NCBI RefSeq assembly: GCF_009914755.1
Contig: NC_060932.1
Length of the DNA: 64,000 nucleotides
Direction: 5' to 3' (one strand)
Source of the DNA: the human T2T-CHM13v2.0 reference genome, Homo sapiens
Under the pieces are notes generated by a model. The model saw nothing but the letters and a program-made list of their open reading frames with translations. It did not search any database and was not told the DNA's origin. Below, piece by piece: positions 50,051 through 64,000 of this stretch (the first letter of the stretch is position 1; every line of letters starts with the position of its first letter). The translations under genes were made by a program, and so were the position numbers.

Positions 50051-50203
<153 letters not shown>

Positions 50204-50798
50204 TCATCCTGAATAATATGGGCAGGCCTTAAATTCAATGATAGGTGTCCTTATAGAGAATGGCAGAAGGAGATTTGAGAAACACAGAAAGGAAGGCCAT
50301 GTGAAGACAGAGGTAGAGATTAAAGTTATGCAGCCACAGCTAAGGGATGCCTGGAGCCCCCGAAAGCTGGGAGAGGCAAGGGAGGATTTTCCCCTAGAGA
50401 CTTCAAAGTGAGCACCGTCCTGCCAAATCTTTTATTTTATTTTTTTAAAATTTGAATCCATTTATACAGACTTATCATACATTTCAGAAATACTATAAGA
50501 AAACAGAAATAAATATCATTGTCTTTGAAGAAGATTTTCTTTTTTTTTTTCTTTGCTTTGGGATAATATATTTTTTCTTTTTTTTATTATTATTATTATA
50601 CTTTAAGTTCTAGGGTACATGTGCACAATGTGCAGGTTTGTTACATATGTATACATGTGCCATGGTGGTGTGCTGCACCCGTTAACTCGTCATTTACATT
50701 AGGTATATCTTCTAATGCTATCCCTCCCCTCTCCCCCAACCCCATGACAGGCCCTAGTGTGTGATGTTCCCCACCCTGTGTCCAAGTGTTCTCATTGT

Positions 50799-54616
<3,818 letters not shown>

Positions 54617-54679
54617 TATGATGTTAGCTGGTTATTTTGCCCATTAGTTGATGCAGTTTCTTCCCAGTATCAATGGTCT

Positions 54680-55117
54680 TTACAATCTGGCTTGTTTTTG
54701 CAGTGGCTAGTACCGGTTTTTCCTTTCCATGTTTAGTGCTTCCTTCAGGAGCTCTTGTAAGGCAGGCCTGGTGGTGACAAAGTCTCTCAGCATTTGTTGG
54801 TCTGTAAAGGATTTTATTTCTCCTTCACTTATGAAGCTTAGTTCAGCTGGATATGAAATTCTGGGTTGAAAATTCTCTTCTTTAAGAATGTTGAATATTG
54901 GCCCCCACTCTCTTCTGGCTTGCAGAGTTTCTGCCAAGACATCCGCTGTTAGTCTGTTGGGCTTCCCTTTGTGGGTAACCTGACCTTTCTCTCTGGCTGC
55001 CCATAACATTTTTTCCTTTGTTTCAACTTTGATGAATCTGACAATTATGTGTCTTGGAGTTGCTCTTCTCAAGGAGTATCTTTGTGGCATTCTCTGTATT
55101 TCCTGAATTTGAATGTT
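54680..55117 (-). pseudogene. L1 ORF1 C-terminal half with premature stop
   Basis: PQRYS.RRATPRHIIVRF...ARREWGPIFNILKE; premature TAG at 54707-54709. Confidence 0.9.
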
Positions 55118-55364
55118 CTGCCAACTCCTTTATGTCAGACTTCTGGCCTCCAAAACTATGAAAGAATAAACTCCTGTTGTTTTAAGCCACCAAGTTTGTG
55201 ACAATTTGTTACGGCAGCCACAGGAAACTAATACACCAAGATTGGCCAACTCAAATGGATAGTCTTGTTTCATTGTTTCCTTTATAACCCATGTTTTATA
55301 TATCTATATCTATCTATATATAAACATATATATATATGTGCTATCCATCAAAATGTTTATAATT

Positions 55365-55656
55365 TTTTTTGTTTTTGGAGACAAGTTCTCCCTCTGTCAC
55401 CCAGGCTGGAGGGTAGTGGTGAGATCATAGTTCATTGCAGGCTTGAACTCCTGGTCTCAAGCAATCCTCTCACCTCAGCCTCCCCAGTAGCTGGGACTAC
55501 AGGTGCACACCATCACATCCTGCTACTTTTTTTTTTTTTAAAGATGGGGTCTCACTATGTTGCCCAGGCTGGTCTCAAACTCCTGGCCTTAAGCAATCCC
55601 CTCACCCTAGCCTCCCAAACAGCTGGGATTACAGGCATGAGCCACCACAACTGGCC
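55365..55656 (-). mobile_element. AluJ
   Basis: Antisense Alu with J-type motifs. Confidence 0.85.
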
Positions 55657-58202
55657 CTTGTTTATGATTTTTAAATATATTCAGTAAATTAAAAATACAA
55701 GTCATAAACAGTATGATCCAATTTTGATTTTGAAACAATACATGACAACTATCCATTACCCAGTGAGTGTTTGCACTACATATTTTTCTGAATAAATAAT
55801 TAGAAGGCTTTAAACCCATATAGTATCAATGGATAGGTCCCAGATCTTATTCTCTTGTCCAGATTTGAGGAAGTCACTTCTGAGATTGAGCCAGTCTTCC
55901 TCAATTATGTGGAAATATTCAGTTGTTTTCCCATCAATAGACCCAGACCAGAGATCAAAAACTCAAATATCTATAGTAGCCAGGCAGAAATATTCTTTAA
56001 GGATGTTGGTACCATAGAAGACATTCAGGTATCTTAGGTACTGTGGCAAACTGGAAAGAACATTCTTGTCTTGAGTTGGAGCTCCAGCTCATCCCCAACT
56101 GCCTGTTGTCACAGGGAAGTCAGGCTGAATGTTACCAAATCTTCTGATTTTTAAAGAGGTACTGGAAATTTCAGTTTTTATATGAAAACTTCTGTTTTTT
56201 AAACACAAGCATCTAATTCACATTCTCTTAAAACATTTTTCAGGCCAAATAAAATCCAGAAGCTCAGTCCTTTAAGTTTCCACTTGGGATTTAGACCTTC
56301 ATAAATAAAGACCATTTCATTCTTCCCAGAGGTTAAGAAATCCAGGTTTCAGAACACAATGCCTAGGCTTCTTTGTTGGAAGAGACATGGAAAAATTCCT
56401 CTCATTCTTTGCTGATGAGCCTACAACCTTGAACACAAGACACAGTTAACTCTGTAATCAAGTTATTCTGCCACGTGAAATTTTTCACAAATTGTCCTGC
56501 TAAGTAAACACTGTGCCAAATATATGGTGTATCTCAATGCATGGTAGATCATTATCACAATGATTAGTATGAGTTTTCTCCTCCTCCTTTGGATAGTCCA
56601 ACAGTAGAGATAGGGGTAGGATAATGTGGTACCCAGGAAATGGTAGAAGAGCCTTTATTTCTCAGGCCATCACAGTAGCAGATGCTTATTGACCAAGCCT
56701 GCAGGGTCTGTTCAAAGGCAAAGGACCCTATTCTCTCCATTATGCTTAGTGCCAAGCAGAGTCATAGGAAACTTCCACTGTGGCACTAAAGGCAGTGGTT
56801 CTTGGTGTTCAGTCTGGTTCCCCAGGACCACTGCTCCCCATTCCCATCAAATGTCCAATCCCTTCTGGGGTACAACATGGGAGCAGCTGTTCCACTTAGC
56901 CCCCTTCAGCCTTTGGGGTCCCTCTACTTCTTGGATAATCTAGCACGTTTAGGAACCTAGGGCTTGAGAGGTTGGGGAAGGAAAAGCCTTTTAATGACAC
57001 CAGAAAACAAAAGCAGGCTCACTTGATTGCTTGAAGTGGGTCAAAGACCAAGAGAGAAAAATTCTACTTATTGTTTTCATGTTTTCTTACTGTAAGAAAC
57101 CTAAGAGAAATTAATCTCTCAATGGATCCAGCCACCACATTATCATATTCAGGAGAAATGTCCCTAAATTCCAGACTTTTGAGTCTGCCCTAGAGTCAGA
57201 TCTCTGTCTGCCATTTGAGAAGCTAACAAGCCAAGTAGTGCCCAGGAATGTCCATAATAAACCAAAGGCATAGGCAAGAGAGGCAGAGAGGCATTTGTGT
57301 TGGGAAGGACCACAGGAACACTCTCACTACACTGCGGCTCCACAAAGCTTTATTCTCCTGCCCAGGTCTAGAGGAAAGTCTCTTGAGGCCAGGATATTAT
57401 AGATGACTTCTAGGACTGGAACAATGACTTGCTCCTAGTAGGGCTCAATAAACTTGTTGCTTAATCGTTTCTAAGAAGCTGTGCGAAAGTGAGAAAGCCT
57501 CAGTCTCTCTGTTTCAGCTTCTCCAAATGTGACTAACAGCAGCAACCCTGTCTATTGCTGAGAACTGCTGTGCAGATGAAAACAGACAAATATATGTAGT
57601 TTTAAATGTAGGCAATGTGCTTGTAAATTTGCATTTTGAAAAGCTAGAAATGCCCTTGAGTAAACTGCCAACTCCTTGCAGAAAAGATAAAGAAAATTTT
57701 GTTCCGCCCAGAACAAAAAGATCCTGGCTATTCCATTAAAACATAGCCTTGCAGTGTTATCTAAGAATTTGTTACACACTTTGTAAGCTTTGTTAGCTAG
57801 ACTGATTAGATAGATAACTGTGATTTTGAACTATGACATCTATTCCAAAAGGTTTTAGAAACAACATGCATTACTATGTAACTAAAGATTCAAAGTAAAC
57901 AGGTCTTTTAAGGTTTATCTAGGCTATGTAATGACAATACAAACGGGCATTTTGATAACAAAGCAGTATTAGGTCAGCACTTACAATTCAATGTGAGTCT
58001 GGAATTTAAAATAATGGGCAGTCTGACATCCTCCATATTGTCTCTGTTCTAGCTCAGGAGACTATACAGTCTACTTTTCAAACTCCAAAGCTTAAGGTGT
58101 TAGAACAAATGCCTTCAACTGATTGTTTAGACTTTTCACTCCTAGGCTCACTTAAAAAAAATTAGCAGTAATACTATGTTAATAAATTCAGTCATTCCAT
58201 GT

Positions 58203-58515
<313 letters not shown>

Positions 58516-58713
58516 CAGTCATTCCATGTTTTGTGAGGGAAAAAAACTTGAAAAAATATTGAAATAATTATTATGTAGTACTTTAAAAATGTTTTCCAGA
58601 CACTTTTAAGACAATAATAAAATAAAAGAATTATAGAGATTGAGGAAACCTAAAAGAAATAGTCACTGGTCTAATTTTACAAACAAAGAAACCGGCCCCA
58701 GAGTTTTGGGTGA

Positions 58714-60117
<1,404 letters not shown>

Positions 60118-60411
60118 GGTTGTTACTCTTTCACTTCGAGGCATCAGGTTTTATCCTTTGGATTTAGACAGGACTAGGATATCCATATCAATTTTAATTC
60201 CATTACACTTCTGTCAATTCAATTTTTTTCAGTAAACTGTTATTAATACATTTTACATATACTTTTATCAAAACTGGGTGCTGAGGAAAGAATACATTCA
60301 AGTCTTGGAAAATACCTGCCACAAAACCTAAAGAGCTAATCCTCTATGTCAATCCAATCAGCCTTATTTCACTTTCATATAAAGCCTGACTTTTTCTTTT
60401 TTTTCTCAAAA

Positions 60412-61161
<750 letters not shown>

Positions 61162-61319
61162 CTTTGTAAAAATGTAATAGAATGTGTGACTAAACTTTTA
61201 GGTTATTTGTGAAGTTAGAGGTATCATAAAAGGCATAGTATTCTTCTGAAAAATTTAGTTTGATCAAACTCTGGTGTTCATTTGTTGAGAAAGAATAAGA
61301 ACCAAGAATACAAATCAAA

Positions 61320-62447
61320 CTCCATTAAGAAAATAAAAAGACAAGCCACAGACTGGGAGAAAATATTTGCATATCTGATAAAGGATGGGCAAAAGACATG
61401 AAAAGATCTCACTTCACCAAAAAAGATATACAGACGGAAAATAAGCATACGAAAAGAAGTTCAACATCATATGTCATTAGGGAATTACAAATTAAAACAA
61501 AAAATTAGAAACTACTACACACCTATTTAAATAGCTAAAATGGAAAACACTGACAATACAAAATGCTGATGAGGATGTGGAGCAACAGAAACTTCAGTTC
61601 ATTGCTGGTAGGAATGCAAATGATACAGCCAGTGTGAAAGTCGGTTTGGCAGTATTTTACAAAACTAAACATACTCTTAATTATGCAGCAATGGTTTTGC
61701 TCCTTGGTATCACCCAAACTTATGACTAACCCAAAACCTGCATATGAATGTTTAGTTAATAAATAACATATTTATGCCAATAACATATAGCATATTATTA
61801 TTTAGTTAATAATAAACATAGCAGCTTCATTCTAATTTCTAAAACTTGAACATGACAATGATTTCCTTCAATATGTGAATGGACAGGCTGTAGTACATCC
61901 ATACAATGGAATATTATTCAGCACTAACATGAAATGAGTTATCAAGCCACGAAAAGACATAGAGGAACCTTAAATGCATATTACTAAGTGAAAGAAGCCA
62001 ACCCCAAAAGGCTACATACTATATGATTCCATCTATATGACATTCTGGAAAAGGCAAAACTATGGAGACAGTAAAAGGTCAGTTGTTCCTGGAGTTGTGG
62101 GGGAGAGATGGATGAACAGGTGGAGCACAGGAGCATTTCAGAGCAGTAAAACTCTTCTGTCCGATACTGTTGTGGTGGGTATATGTCATTATACATTTGT
62201 CCAAACCCATAGAATGTACCACACAAAGAATTAACCCTAATGTAAACTGTGGACTTTAGTTAATAATAATGAATCAATATTGGCTCATCAATCATAACAA
62301 ATGTAACATACTAATGCAAGATATTAATCATCAGGGAAATGTTGGGAGGGGGAGAAACAAGAAGAGATTTGGGAACTCTGTACTTTTCACTCATTTGTTC
62401 TGTAAACCTAAAACTGCTCTAAAAAACAGTCTGTTAATTTAAAAAAT
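61320..62447 (+). mobile_element. L1MC-type 3' fragment
   Basis: caagccacagactgggagaaaatatttgca ... ccctaatgtaaactgtggacttt ... aaacctaaaactgctctaaaa. Confidence 0.8.
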
Positions 62448-63143
62448 ATCAAACTCTGTAATTTTGTTTAAATATATGATCAAAATTTCCCTATGAATTA
62501 ATGAAAGAAAAGTGTATGCATTGCTAAAAAAATCCAGAAGCTAGCATTTTATTTCTTATTAATCGAAAGAAGGAAATATGCAAAATTTAATAAATAAAAA
62601 TGAGAATTAGGCCAAAGAGGGAGAAGGCTAGAAGCTTGAGGCCAGGAGGTTGAGGCCATGGTGAGCTAGGATTATGCCACTGCACTCCAGCCTGGGTGAT
62701 GGAGCAAGACCCTGTTTCTAAAAAAAAATTGCTTCATTCAAAAAATATTTTTAAAGATGAGAATTGACCATATTTGAAATAAATATTTCATGATGATTTG
62801 ATAATCAATTCTAACTATATTCTTTATGTAATAATATACAGCAAGTCCAAAATAAATAAAAAATTTATCCATGACTTATTCCTGAAAAATTGGGTAGTCA
62901 TGAAAAACATTTAAAATAGTCAGAATCATTCACCTATTCTGCTTTGGGTGTTTATAGTTGCTTCCCTTTCCTTTTTAAAATTTTTTTATTTTTAATTTTT
63001 GTGGGTACGTAGTAGATGTATATGTTTATGGGTTCCTTTCTAATCAATGATACATTTTAGGAATAAGTAATTGAAGAGGTAAAAAATAATCAATATTTAC
63101 ATATACTTAAATATATTGACAGTCACTCCTTCATACCAATATC

Positions 63144-63442
63144 CTTTTTTTTTTGTTTTTTTTTTTTAGGCAGTCTTGCTCTGTTGCACAGGCTGGAGTG
63201 CAATGGTGCAGTCTCACCTTACTGCAACCCCTGCCTCCCAGGTTCAAGCCATTCTCCTGCCCTCAGCCTCCCAAGTAGCTGGGGTTATAGGCACACGCCA
63301 CAATGCCCAGCTAGTTTTTGTATTTTTAGTAGAGACGGGGTTTCACCATGTTGGCCAGGCTGGTCTCGAACTCCTGACCTCAGGTGATCCACCCGCCTCG
63401 GCCTCCCAAAGTGCCGGAGGCATGAGCCACCATGCCTGGCCC
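63144..63442 (-). mobile_element. AluS with TSD caatatcct
   Basis: Antisense Alu with ccaatatcct on both sides. Confidence 0.88.
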
Positions 63443-64000
63443 AATATCCTCTTTTTTTACTCACCAGGTGATGCATTCTTTAACAGCTGCCTTATTTAGA
63501 GGAACCACTAGGACAGGGCCACTCAGATTAAGGAAGAAAGATGTTAAACAACAATTATCATTACTCCTACCATCACACTCAACCAAATATCTCAATACCA
63601 AAATGGCCATTTCTAATGCTGGTTTTACTCTCAGAAATAAGGTTTTCTAAATGAGAGTTTCTAAGCCTTATCTGGGAACCACATCATCGTAGGAACCTTC
63701 TCTTTGGTGTCCTAGGAGTTCTCATACCCAAGGCCAGCTTGATTTGGGATGGTGATGGGTCTTTCTTTGTAAAGTGAGAAAAGGCCTATGGTAAGCACAA
63801 GCACGTTATCAGCAAGGGTTTTGTTTTGTTTTGTTTTGTTTTTTAAGAGAAAATATTAAAAGAAAGTTGAATGTCTGACATGGAATCTCTCAAAACTATC
63901 CAGGCACACTTACGCAAAACTAATTTCTCTCCTGTTTTCCCTCTACTGTTCTCCTTCCACAGCTAAGGGGGAGAGGGGAGTCCTGAATCTGATTTTTTAA

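Overview
Primate, almost certainly human, genomic DNA; not prokaryotic, with no CRISPR, rRNA or tRNA seen. The only host coding sequence is the first coding exon of STK3 (MST2, Hippo-pathway kinase) on the minus strand. It reads GCCGCC-ATG-G, encodes MEQPPAPK(S), has a donor GTAACG at 6665 and lies in a CpG island (~6380-7220). Positions 1-6665 are intron 1. Positions 7.2-64 kb are upstream of this promoter and are mostly transposon-derived: about 50 Alus, one 5'-truncated L1PA, old L1M/L2/MIR/CR1 pieces, MaLR and ERV1 solo LTRs, and DNA transposons. Nearly all ORFs in the track are spurious Alu or microsatellite ORFs or broken L1 fragments. I found no new gene system. The most interesting signals are: (1) four perfect copies of a 20-bp GC-only repeat just upstream of STK3 exon 1; (2) an L1PA carrying a ~125-bp 3' transduction inside its target-site duplication; (3) an LTR10 solo LTR with an AP-1 tandem repeat, inserted inside an Alu near a GATA/FOX motif cluster; (4) a local copy of a MaLR segment; (5) a collapsed inverted-Alu pair joined by microsatellite; (6) an ancient CR1/L3 reverse-transcriptase fossil. 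Repeat subfamily names come from recalled consensus sequences and need RepeatMasker/Dfam confirmation. Repeat boundaries without a TSD are approximate.
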